Positions 32,016-44,646 of a stretch of 64,000 nt of DNA are shown here, piece by piece. Source of the DNA: Anolis carolinensis (lineage: Eukaryota). The first letter of the stretch is position 1. Every line of letters begins with the position of its first letter. The notes beneath the pieces were generated by a model. It had not been told where the DNA came from, searched no databases, and saw only the letters and a program-made list of their open reading frames with translations. The stretch covers positions 163,200,107 through 163,264,106 of the forward strand of contig NC_085844.1 in the NCBI RefSeq assembly GCF_035594765.1, read 5' to 3'. The translations under genes and the position numbers were made by a program.

Positions 32016-35000
32016 GCATACTTTAAAATGTGCAAACTGTGATACTGTTATTCCAAGATTGTGTTTAGAAGACAGAAACAACATTATCGAGAAACAACAT
32101 TGGAACAAATTAGCAGCTTTCTACTTCCAAGATCATTTGGGAATAATAGGCCAAAGGAGGCAAATATGCCCCCAACAAATATAATTTGACTCAGTAGGGG
32201 ATTATCTCTTGGGGAATGATCAAGCCAATGAACTATGTAAATGACAGGCTTCAGCTGTGAAGCTTTCCTTCCTTCCCAGCATGTTTCCCTCTGGAGATAT
32301 TGGTGGAGGCTGAGGTGAGTGTTTTGCTTAGACTGTGGAATTATCTACATAAATTTCACTAGAATAGATCTTGTAAAAATTTGGATCTGGTACCCTAGAA
32401 TGGTGTGTCTTAAACTGTGGTTCCCAACTCCAAATGAAGTATCCTTAGTTCAATGTTAGGATCATGAAAAATTCGGCAACAGTAAAAGGTTTTTGACAGC
32501 TGTCCACTTATACAAATCTGTTAGCAACAATGTCCAGTGTTTACAGTGCACTTTGCAGAAGATACTTCTAAATTCCACTGCTTTAAATTACTGCCATGCT
32601 AGAAATTTGGGAAATGAAAGAAAATATCATTGAACAGTGTCCTCATGTTGTCCCTTCTACAGCTATACCCCTGAGAAGGGCCAAAATAGCTAGTAAGTTG
32701 GTGTTGAACTGCATTAATTCTACAGTGCACATCCCATTTTGATTTTTTTTTTAACTTAGGATCATTATCTGTTTTGTGATTGTTCCTACTGGCTTTGAAT
32801 TCTCAGTTGATAACAATTTACTTTTTGAATACAATGACGGAATTTAAAAGAAATTATGGTCGTTTTTATATCATTTTTTCTAGTTTTGTCATTGTATATA
32901 GGAAACAGTGTTTCATAGATGTGTGAATCTGTGTTAGCACAGCTGAAGTATGTAGGCAAAAGTAGAGTAATAAATATAATTTGCAGTCATCAGTATGGTC
33001 AGGCTATAATATTAGTAAAACATAATTAGCATTTAAGAAAAGAAACCATTGCCTGTCTCACTAGTTATGATACACTTAATAGCAAACTGCCTAAACAACA
33101 ATGCCTAAATAAATGTAATATAATTTCATCACATCCCACACACAAGTGCCACCTAAGGGCTCATGTATTACTTGCAGACATGTGTCATAAAGCTGTAGGA
33201 AATAAGGTATAATTAAATAAGCATTTTATATGGTTTGCATATTACTTAAACATGCGGTTTTGTTTTTATCTACTTTCATCTTCATTAATTTCTTTCCTCT
33301 TAGTTTTCACCTTCTATTCTGTCAGGTTATCTTACACCATCTGTCATATCATATTTCTCTTTTCATACTTTGTCATACTCCTCTGTCTTCTTCCTTTCTG
33401 TTTGAATTGATTTGTGTGTCTTTTTTGCACAATTTTTCTTGATTCTTTCTGTGCGTATAGGTCTTCAAGTCGCATGTCAATGTATGGTGTCACCATAAAC
33501 ATCATAGGATTTTCTTAATAAAAGAATACTGGTAGTTTTGTCAGTTCCTTCTGCTGAAATATAGGATACTAATATCAATCCAATTTCTGAAAATACATAG
33601 ACTCTATACATTTAACCATCGAAGTGCTGTTTACTTAGCAAAGCTCAAATTCTGAAAATTTAAGCAAGCTTTACAGCCCTTTTCCCATCAAATGACACCT
33701 GTAGTAGATATTCTTACACCCCTTTAACTTACCATCTGTGTATTTGTGGATCCCCAGAAATTAAGAGTTTGCCCTATTATTTGCTTTTCTGCTCATTATA
33801 TTCTGGACCGAGAACCAAACTTTTGGGATTTATTCTTGAAATATGGATCTGTTTGATCCACATTTCAAGAATGTTTCATGAAAGATTTTCTATCTCCTGT
33901 TTGATACTCCATGGTAACTCGCAAGTTTTCTCTTTTTGCCCTGACAGCAATGAAAATTTGGGCAAGATTTATTGCTGATCTCAAAAACTATTGATTGCTC
34001 TGGGGATGTACTTAAATAATCTAATTGTATAATTATGTCATTGCTGTTAATATTTAATGTATTTCAATTATATTTTTCAGTGTGCAAGATCTATAAGTTT
34101 TTATTTTGTGCTTCCATTTCAAGTATACTTTATGGTTTTAATCTCCTGTTTTGGACCTTTCCCTTACCTCTCCTTTAGTCAAGTGGCTCCCTGGAATTTT
34201 TCTTCTTATGTGTACACTTAGAATTTATCCCCATCCTCAGTGGAGTAATAATTTTCTGCATTTGCCAGAAATTGGGTGCATGTCCCTTTTCATCCTGTTT
34301 ATCACACTGCTTTTTCTTTGTCTGATGTTCTGGTGTCCTCACAGTGATCAGCATAACAGCAGGTTATTCTGAGTTCAACCCATCAAGGCTCAGCAGAGTT
34401 TGCCAGGAGAAAATGGAGATTGATAGGAAGTGGCCACACCGTTCCAACTTCATTTAAACCACAATCCTAAAAAGTGCATTTCTGAACATAAGCTCCATTG
34501 AACACACTAATATTGATTCCTGGTTAGAGATGCACAGGATTGCCCAGCTAACTGGAGCTTACTGAGGTTTGGGGGAAAAACAATATACACAATTATTTCT
34601 GAGTGGCTCAGAGCTTGTATTGCTGGTATGTGGGAAATCATTTGTTATCAGGACAATATATTATATTTATACCAATTGGATTCACTAGATAATCATTTCT
34701 GTTCCCAAATAGTATAAAAGCCCCAACTTTAAATATTTTGGGAAGAAATAAAACTGTTTGTCAGAAGACTGTTTGATTGTCTATTCCTAACTGGCATGCC
34801 TTTTTTGGTCTCTTCAGCTCTACAGGTGCCTCTACACTGTAGAATTAATGCAGTTTGATTCCACTTTAATTGCAGTTGCTCACTGCTATGAAACTCTGGT
34901 ATTTGTAGTTTGGTGAGATATCAGCACTCTTGGACTAAAGGCGCTGTAAAGCTAAAACTAATTTGTCTCCTAATCCTCAGGAAAAGCAGGATATAAATAA

Positions 35001-35049
35001 ATACCATAATAATACATATGGTTTGGCAGCAAGAGTGGCTTTCCTTTTA

Positions 35050-35177
35050 TTGTGTGAGAAGTGAATTGAGAACATACTGCAAGTCGCTTCTGGTGTGAGA
35101 GAATCGGCTGTCTATAAAGACATTACCCAGGGAACACCCAGATATGTTACTATCCTGCTGGTAGGCTTCCCTCATGT
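35050..35177 (-). mobile_element. 3' fragment of the SINE family seen at 44372-44646
   Basis: TTGAGAACATACTGCAAGTCGCTTCTGGTGTGAGAGAATCGGCTGTCT is the reverse complement of that SINE's 3' half. Confidence 0.75.
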
Positions 35178-36914
35178 TATGAATGTTGAGATTATGTTAT
35201 GAATGTTGAGATGAGAGAGAACCAGCAAGCAGAAAGTAAAGATAATAGTACAGTTGAGACTCTGTATTCATGGGTTGTGCACCCATGGGTTCAACCAACT
35301 GCAGTTAGAAAATAATCAGAAAAACATCAAAATAATAATCCTTAATTTTGCTATGCACTGAGCACTACTCTAATATATAAGCATATTCGTTTTCACCCTC
35401 TAGCCATTTAACAGATCCACTCTTTGATCCTTATATCTATTGCAGTTTTATTCCAAGATATCAAAATCTCTGGGTGCTCAAATCTCATCATTTACAGTGG
35501 TGTAGTTAGTAAAATGGTGTTATATAGAATAATATGCAACTTAAACAATGTAGCATGGTTCAAACATCAGTCTCTGGGAAATAACAGCCACAAGTCAACA
35601 AGCAACTCAGATTTGTGATTGTGCCTTCTTGTCAATTCCAATGTATGGCATCCCGAAGTTGAAACTATCACAAAGTTTTCTTGGCAAGATTTACTAAAGG
35701 GGATTTTTGCATTCACCTTCCTTTGAGGCTGAAAGAGTGTTACTTTCCCAAGGTCACCAAATAGGTTTCCATGATAGAACAGGGATTTGAGCTCTGGTCT
35801 CAAGTCATAGACCAACACTCAGACTAATACACATACTGACTTCATAATATACGGGTATCTGTTACCAATTGTCATAGGTATTCAGATTCATTGTTATAGC
35901 TGCTTATTACATTGAATTTAGCACAATTGTGTTAAGATCAAAGAGACTTTATTTGTAATTGGACTATTAATTGAATAATATGCTTTTTTTGTGCCACACC
36001 TATAGTAAAATGAGATGCTTCCTTATAACAATGAGGATTTTTTTGCTTCAGTATGTAAGCATTCACAAATATGAATTACCTCATTAGGTACTATAAAAAA
36101 TCTAGCTCAAATCAGATTTAAATTGGCAAAGGAATAGAAGGCAAAAGATTAATGTGATTGCTGCTGTGTGTGCAGCACAAAAAGAAGAAAGCTTCATTTT
36201 ACTTTAGTTATAAGTTTCATGTGAAAGGGCCAGCAAGAAATGAAGGTATGACACATTTCATGAAAATCGTAATTTCCCTCATATATAAGGACAGGAGTGT
36301 GAAATTGGGTGAAGCAACACTTTCCAATTTCTAGAGAGGCCAGGAAATATTGCCTTCAATCTGATTTGCATGATGAGTGTCTGTCTGGCATCATCTGGAG
36401 GCCTTTTTACTAGTGCAATTTTACTTGCCAACTTTGGTTGGCTATATAGATATGCTATTATAAAATCACCTGTATGGTTCTCGATGAGTTCACTTTGCTT
36501 TAGGCTGTAATCCTCTTGGAGCACTACACCAACATAAAAATTATTGTGTAAGCAGTTGTATTTCCTTAGAGGTTGTTTAAATGCAGCCTCAGTTATTTGT
36601 GAAATGCACACAGCGTTCTCTCACATTTTCCACTTGGTAATTTGGGAGTCAAGCAACTGCTGTGCAAAAGCTAAGTTTGGGACTATGGTATTCATTGCTC
36701 ATTGTTAAAAGTGCATAGGAACTGCATTATATGAGTCTACACTGACTAAATAATGCAGTTTCAAACTGCATTCTTTGGAGTGTAGGTGGGGCCCAAGTGT
36801 ATATGTGTTGAAGCCACAAAGAACAGTGAGCAAGGGAGCAACAGGGTGTTAACTAGTAAATGATTTACCTCCCGGAAACTTTGTTTCATTTCTCATATTA
36901 TTATAGTTGAAAAC

Positions 36915-37038
36915 CCAATGCAGTCCTTCAGACCCTTCTGAAGATATCAACCACAGATGCAGGCGAAACATCAGGAAAACAGCCCGGAAACCATACAACA
37001 TCCCAGTGATTCTGTCTGTGAAAGCCTTCGACAATACA
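36915..37038 (+). mobile_element. Penelope-like element terminal fragment carrying a degenerate minimal hammerhead ribozyme motif
   Basis: CTGAAGA (36938-36944)...GGCGAAACATCAGG (36962-36975), then CAGCCCGGAAA...CCCAGTGATTC...GAAAGCCTTCGACAATACA, as recalled for lizard Penelope pseudo-LTRs. Confidence 0.65.
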
Positions 37039-40000
37039 GTTTTTCATCTCTTCATATATTAAGATGCATATAGGAGAAAGCCAAAATAGCTAGAATCTAA
37101 AATGCAACAAGAATACAGAATTCAACTGCTAACAACAAACAGTGAAACTTTAATTTGGTGCGCACACTGAGTATGTAAAAGCCTGTCTACAGACAAAACA
37201 TAAAGACATAAATCACACTACAGAAAATAAAATAAATCTAAAAGGTTTTTGGCTGTCATGGGGGAAAATGACTTGCCAATAAAATGGAAGTGCAAATAAG
37301 GTTTTGCTCTCTACTAAACACTGCATATAAAACCAATCTGTGTAAAATCCTGGTCATAATTTTCTGGCAAACAGGAGTCTTGCGATTGTGAAGGAAGTGA
37401 AGTTATTCCATTTCACAAAATCCTCTGGTTTTGAAGGATTCAGTCAATCGCTCATTAATGAACTGTAACATTAAGTAGTAATACAATGATAGATAGAATA
37501 AGAAGTAGAATTTATTAAATTGTGGAGACATTGCCTCAAACTCTTGAATAGTATCCTAATACTGTATTGAAAGACTCAGCAACTTGTTATCCTTTTGGCT
37601 TTGTTATCATTATAAATATGTGCATAATTATTGTAATGATAATGGAAAGAGCAATATAACAAAAGAAATTGATTAAGGGTTATTCAGTCCTGAACATCAT
37701 TGTAGAACTATAGTTTCAGGAAGCTGAAGTTACTTGGTTATCTCTGCTCCAGTATGTTATTGATGGGTTTCGAATTCTGTTAATTGAGATTTAAGGATAT
37801 GCTTCCAGGCAGTTAATGGCAGAAGGCAGAATGTGTTCCTTCATAGTATGTCTAGCTAATAACCCCTAAGACCAAAACACCTAGATAATGTACTTGAATG
37901 CCCCTCCATACACACACAGTTGTGTAAATTCAGGTGCTGTTTTTATTTGCTATTGTGTTTGAATTCAGCAGAGTGAATTGAATAAGCTGGTCTTTCCTTT
38001 GGTCAAATGGTGTTAGCTTTTTCCTGATCCTTATTCTGGCCCCTTCTACACTGTACTTATTTCCCAGGATCTGATCCCAGATTATCTCTTTATCCCAGAT
38101 TATATGGCAGTGGAAACTCATATAATTTCAAACTATAGTCTCCCCTCCTCCACAGTTTGAGGGACTATGAAACGGTCCTTGGCTTTAAATGGAGGTATTG
38201 AAATTGGCCGCTTGGGCACAATTTGGCGCTTGTTGGTATTTAACAATTGGCTTTTGTAGTTGAATTTTCAGTAATTCTATCACTGGATTCAAAGGTCTTG
38301 AGTTCTACAATTTTTTCCTTTCTGTTGTTCAAATGTTCTTGCCAGTATTCTTTTCATTTCCAACATTTCTGTGCTGGTGTTTAATCCAAATTGCACAAAA
38401 CCACCAATGGGTCACTTGTTTGAACTGGGATGGCACTATGGTTACAGAATGCTCTCATTTCAATTATTTTCTTTCCCACAAAACTCGTTTAAAAAGAAGA
38501 GCAAGTCAGTATTTTGCAGGTCCTCATATTAATGGTTGCATTCTTTTTGTTCTTTATAAGTAATGGAGCAGTATTTTGAATACTAATTGTTTATATCAAA
38601 TGACATCTGCATTGGTGGTATAGGGAATTTTTCAGCTGTGCAGTTACCATGAATGATCTGTTCATTTGTAAAGTTAATTCTTGGCTGTGGCTGAAGAGCT
38701 GGATCATTAAATGCTGCTCAAGAGAAAGTACTAAAAATGAATTTGGTTAACCTCTCTGTAATCTTCTGAATATGGAAAGGTCGTATGTTAGCTTTTAGGC
38801 ATGTCCAAGAGCTCAGTACTGGTGAAAGAGTAGTGGATTAAAAAAGGGAATTAATTCTTTCCCATTTTGAGTCTCTTCGTGGCAATTTGCCTCTTTGGAA
38901 CCAATGAAAATATAGCTTTCTGTACTTTAAGGGCTCTGGCTCTGCCAAAGACTGCCAGGTCTTCTTCATAACGGTGGAGAAAAAACAAAACAGGTTAGCT
39001 ATACCTTATTTTAAAAAAAAGATTTGTTGTAACTAAGAATGAGAAAGGGATGTAACCAGCCATCTTGCTACTTATTTCTGGCATAAATAAACAGTTTGGG
39101 AATGCTTTGATGCTGCCACCTCTAGAGGGAAAAGTTTTATTTTAAGCCACTTTAGATCTGTCAGGAGACAGGTAAGATATAAATAAAATGATACATAAAC
39201 AACTTAACACCATAACTCTGTTTATGTGACTGAAATACAGTAATGGAAATAACCCGAGAATGCTTCCATGCACCCATTTGAATATGATGGCAATAAAAGA
39301 AAAGCCAATAAAAAAAAACAGAACAAAAGGCCTGTGAGTCAGCAGGATGATTTTCATTTGCCACTGTAAAGGAAGGTAAAAGGTTAACTTAGACCGCAAT
39401 CCTATATTCATTCATGTGGGTCAGTTTATGTAAATGCTGTAGAACCTATGTCTTTGTAAACAAGCATAGAAATGTAATTCTCAGTATTCTCTCACTGGAG
39501 CAGAAAAGAGAATTCTTTTAAAAAAAATTAAAAAGCATCCGCCAGATTTCTCTCTTCCCCAATTGTTTATTTAAGTTCTGTTTAATATTATAAAGTGTAA
39601 AATAAAGTGTTTCAGAGAGTTCTAATTGCTCTCTGTTCATGCTTCATTTAACCCACCCGTGTTTCCATTTCATAATCCAAACAGCTGATCAACTGTTTCC
39701 TGCTTTTTAAAAGCGGAAGTGTGCTGGAGCAGTCTCCACAGGGAAGAGAGAAGGAAATCACGTGGTTTTCGTGAGTGCCGGGATATACACTGATGCGAAT
39801 ATGCACATTTTTCGCCCAGAATCAGGATATAAGCCAACTTTTTAACATGTATTTTTAATCTGTCGCAGTAAATTAGTGTGGATTTACCACTAGCGTCATG
39901 TAGCCACATCCCTTTAAATCCGGTAACTTCCATGTTTTAGTTGCTGTGTAGAAGTGCCTTGAGAGAACAGGGTTTAGGTTTGAGGCAGTTTAGGTTAGAA

Positions 40001-40039
40001 AAAAGAGAGTAAGGGAATATGGTAGAGGTGTATACATGA

Positions 40040-40270
40040 TGAGGGGAAAGTAGATAAGGAGACTTCTTCACTTTCTCTTGTAATATCAGACTCCAGGATC
40101 ATCTGCTGAAGTTGAATTCTCCACTGTAGATTGATTGCTACAGGATGGAGTGATGGCTGCTAACACAAATGGCTTTGAAGTGGATAGCTGTATTGAGACT
40201 GGTGCTATTAGTGACTGACTAACATGTTACCAAAATGGCTATCAGCTGTTGAATTTCCTGTGTCTAACTG
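40040..40270 (+). mobile_element. Ancient CR1-like LINE 3' fragment
   Basis: Degenerate similarity to the CR1 3' coding end and UTR (GAAAGTAGATAAGGAGACTTCTTC...GTGATGGCTGCTAAC..ATGGCTTTGAAG). Confidence 0.45.
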
Positions 40271-43200
40271 ATAGACCACCATGTGAACAATATACTGGAC
40301 TAGATAATGTTTGTTAGATTCAACAGGGCACTTAGATTCTGTCTTATGCTCATATGTTATGTTCCACAATACAGATAATTTTAACGCTATCACTTTGAGT
40401 ATCATAAATTTCAGCCCACAAAGTTTTGCACTTGAGAAAATGCAACTCCTTCATAGGAGGAATAGCCATGGTCATTGAAAATATTATAACTTCCTTGGAG
40501 ATGAGTTGCATTTTATCAGGTACAAAATATTGGGGACTGGATGCTCAGAAATGATGAAACCAAAAATAATTAAAATTAGTCACAGACCAATGCAGGAGGT
40601 AATCACATAGGACCATTGATTTCAGTGGGCTGAATCAGGTTGAACTCTTAATTCTTATGTTCCTCTTTCAATAAAAACTGATGTCTTAACATTAGAAGGG
40701 AATAAAATGAAGAAAGGGCCATGACAGCAAGAACAAATTCACATCTAAGGCTAGATGCCTGTGGTGAGCAAAATGCCCAGGCTGCACATTAAGATTTCAA
40801 TTCGTTATGGTAGTTGAACACATGATTAATTTTAGGAATGTGCCTTGAGTGCTATTAACTCCTTGCTTGATGATGATGAGTTCACACTCAAGTACTTTCT
40901 TAAATGTACTGAGTAAAGCATTGACATTGACAGTTAATGAGCATAAAGAGAATGTTTTAGTGCATATGCATCTGGGCTGAGGTAGGATTATTTAATGTAT
41001 CCAGCTGTTTGTTGCTTGACCTATGGGGCTTTTAATATATGTAAGGCATTTGTGGGGGATGATACAAAGGACTCATTTGTTTTATTCCTGTAGAGGCCTG
41101 ATAGAAATTATTTTTCAAATTTTGGATACTCAGTACAGAAGCTCCTGTAGAATTTTTGGTGACACTAAGCATATATTTACTCAAATCTAGTGCGCCATTG
41201 AATCTAATGAACACCTCAGTTTTCAAGAACCTGAAACCAAAAAAGAGGATTTGCTGGAGAATGTAATGTGCAGCAGCAAAAAGTGCTCCCTTTGAAATTT
41301 GTTCCAAAAATAATAAAAATGTTTAAATCACCAAATATTCCAGCAATGGAGAGTAACACCAAAGAATCAGGTAACCCTTCCCTCTAGGAGACTTGAAAGC
41401 AAAGGGAGGGAGAAATGCAAAAAGAATGGAAAGAAGATACCAAAAGGAAGGGGAGAATGGAGTCTTGTGCTGCACTAGGGCCTTGAAACCTTTTTTCATT
41501 GCAAATCATACTGTCCAGGTGATAAGTAAAAGTTTATTAAAAGATGAGTATAATAAAAGCAGAATATATGAAAAGCAAGCAAATACAAAAGAGAGAATCA
41601 AAGCTTAGAAACTTGAATACATGAATTCCAAGAATACAGGTCCAATCCCCCCCCCCGAGAACTCTTTACCTGAATGCAGTGTTACTCTCACAAAGATTGT
41701 ACCAGCAGGAGACACTTTTTAAAAAGCCCCCAAACCTCCCATGATATCATGTCTCATGCACCTGCTTCTCTGCTCCTTATCTCTAATTATCTGGGAAAAG
41801 CGAGTCTGTCTTTGTTGCATGTCCTACCTCCGCAACTCCAGTTGCCTTGACTTAGACAAACATCCATCTCCCATATTTCTCTCAGCCTGCACTTCTGGCA
41901 GGTTCCCATGGGAACCAATCTCGCTGTCTCCCCAGTCTTTTGGGAACTGCCAGGGGAAGATTCTAAAATAACACTCTCTGGGCCCTCTGGATCTCTCCCA
42001 GCATACCCTTCCTCCTTATCTGAACACTCAGAATCTGATCAGGCTGAAACACCTTGAAAGAAAAGGTGGAGAGAGGAAAAGAGAATTGAAAGAAGGTACA
42101 AGAAGGAAGGGGAGAAAGAAAAAGCAGAGAGAAGGAAGGGTGAAAGGGAGAGAGAAAGAAGGAAAGGAGCTCTGGCTGCAGAGTCAAGGCCCACTCCACT
42201 GAGGGGGAGACCCCAGTGAGTCATGGTGAAGGAAACCACCTCCTTCTCCTCCATTTCGGGGCCTGAGGCAAGCTGCTGTTGAGGGAGCTGGCCCTGGTGA
42301 GGTGATGGCCCTGGGAAGCCAAAGAGACTGCTCCTCCTCTGCCTTCACAGCTGCTTTTGCCTCTTTCTCTTCAGCTCCTGGGGCTGCAGCGAGTGGCTGG
42401 CGAGGAAGCCGGCCTTGGTGAGGCAGCAGCCCTGGCAAGCCAAGGAGGCTGGTTGCCATATTACACAAATCTAATGCACACCCCAATTTTGGCAGGTCCA
42501 TTTAGCCAAAAAAGATGTGCATTTCAATCATGTAAATAGGGTACTTTGCTCAGAAAATGTTTGCTTAGCATTTTTGATTCCCTAGATTCTGGAGGAGGTC
42601 TGATGGGTTGAAGTTATCTTTTTGCCATCCTGGTCATGGGTTCTGCCTTACTTTTGAATACTAATTATGCATTTAAAGTGTGTTTAATATATATTTTTTT
42701 ATAGCTACACAGAGAAAACAAATGTTCTCAGAAATTTCCAAAGCACACTGTATAGCCATCCAAGTCTCGCTTCCTTAGTTTGGTGCCTTTTCTATATATT
42801 GGATTATACTTCTAGACATCTCAGGCAATAATAGGAGCTATAGTCAAACACATCTGGAAGGCACTATTCTGGGTGAATTGATGAGGGCTCTGAGTCTTAC
42901 GACAGAAGTAGTAACTAATTTATTCATCCAGATTTCTCAAAGACCTTTGAAGACTTGAAATGTATTTTAGAATGATAACTTCCATTTTTACTGAAGATAT
43001 TTTTCTGCCCAAACCTTATAAAAATATTCAAATAAAATGTCACTATGCAAAAAAGTGTGACAAAAAATTCTGTGGCAATTTTACCACATGAAAAATTGAT
43101 TAGAAAATAGTATGTTCAACTAAATCCCTTGTGTGTATTTGCTTTCAAGTTGCTTGTTGACGTGTGGTGACCATGAATTTCATTGGTTTTTTTTTAAAGA

Positions 43201-43894
43201 TATGGAATATTCAGAGCTAGTTTTGACAATTTCTTCCTTTGAAATATAGTCTATAGCTACTGGTGTTCATGATGATTTAACCTTGGTTTGGGTGAAATTA
43301 ATATTGAAGTTTTTCTAGCAAAACTGGAGAAAAATGTTTACATGAAGGGTTGTGAACATGTAGTTCATTGACTTTAGAGAGTCATATTTAATCTTCAGGG
43401 GATTCAAAGCAAGGGGGGAAATCAGAACAAAAAAAGAAATGATTTTCTGGGTATTACTTTGAACATTGTGGGTAACTGTGGGTGAGGTGGGGAAGATAAA
43501 CAATTTTTAAAAATGGCTTGTGACCACCCAGAAGGTAAATAACAACAACACTAGATGCTTTTTGTATCCACAATTGCATGATCATGGCTATGACACTTAC
43601 CTTTGCACTATGGGTTTGATCCAGACATCGAGCAGAGCTGTTGAAATTAAATGTATTTTGGCTGATTTAAATTCATTTCATTTCTTTGGCTGTGCTCTAG
43701 AGTAGACCTCCCTGCTCTGCTCTTTCAGACTATGAAACTATGGCACTATCATTCATTTTTAACCATCATGGCTGCATCCTATGGGATGCTATGGTTTGTG
43801 CGAGTTTGGAAAGCACTATTTCTAGCAGAGATGTCAAAATATACCAGAAAACTATAGATCCCATAAGTGTTAACATGGAATCAAAAATGTTACA

Positions 43895-44276
43895 CAGGCA
43901 GTCCCCAAGTTCTGTAGGTTTGTTCTTAAGTTGAATTTGTATGTAAGTTGGAAAAGGTATATTTTAAAGTTCTTTGGATAACATAGGGAAGTGTTAACAC
44001 CTCTGTGGTGCTTATTTTGCTTCCTGTGCTCCTGTTCAGAAGATTTCACCTCAGTTTCTGTTCCTGTGAGAACTGGATTTTGAAAAATGTGACTTATTGT
44101 GGAAACAAAGACTGGTGAGAAAGCTTCAGTGGAAATACCTTTCCCCCCTTGAAAACTTTCAGGAGTGAATTTCCCTTCCAAAGGGCAGATTTCTCTCACT
44201 TCCTGTTGTCTCAACATCATTTCTAACTATGGGTCATTTAGAAGACTTACTATGTTTGTAAGTCGGGGTCTGCCTG
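43895..44276. mobile_element. Tigger/pogo-like MITE
   Basis: TIRs CAGGCAGTCCCC / GGGGTCTGCCTG with TA on the right; partial second copy at 7093-7256. Confidence 0.75.
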
Positions 44277-44371
44277 TAATTGTTTAAAAATTATCTCAGC
44301 TAGGTTCTGAAAATCTGTTTATTTATTCTCCTGTCTTCCTCCGAGGAACCCAGGCATATTATGTCTATAAT

Positions 44372-44646
44372 AGAAGCCCCCGGTGGAGTAGTGGGTTAAA
44401 GCCTTGTGACTTGAAGGTTGGGCTGCTGATCTGCAAGCTGCCAGGTTCGAATCCCACCCAGGGAGAGCACAGATGAGCTCCCTCTATCAACTCCAGCTCC
44501 ATGCGGGGACATGAGAAAAGCCTCCCACAAGGATGGTAAAACATCAAAACATCCGGCCGTCCCCTGGGCAACGTCCTTGCAGACAGCCAATTCTCTCACT
44601 CCAGAAGCGACTTGCAGTTTCTCAAGTTGCTTCTGACATGGAAAAA
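44372..44646 (+). mobile_element. Full-length tRNA-derived SINE (AnolisSINE2-like)
   Basis: A box GGTGGAGTAGTGG, B box GGTTCGAATCC, A-rich tail, 11-bp TSD ATGTCTATAAT at 44361-44371 and 44647-44657. Confidence 0.9.
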
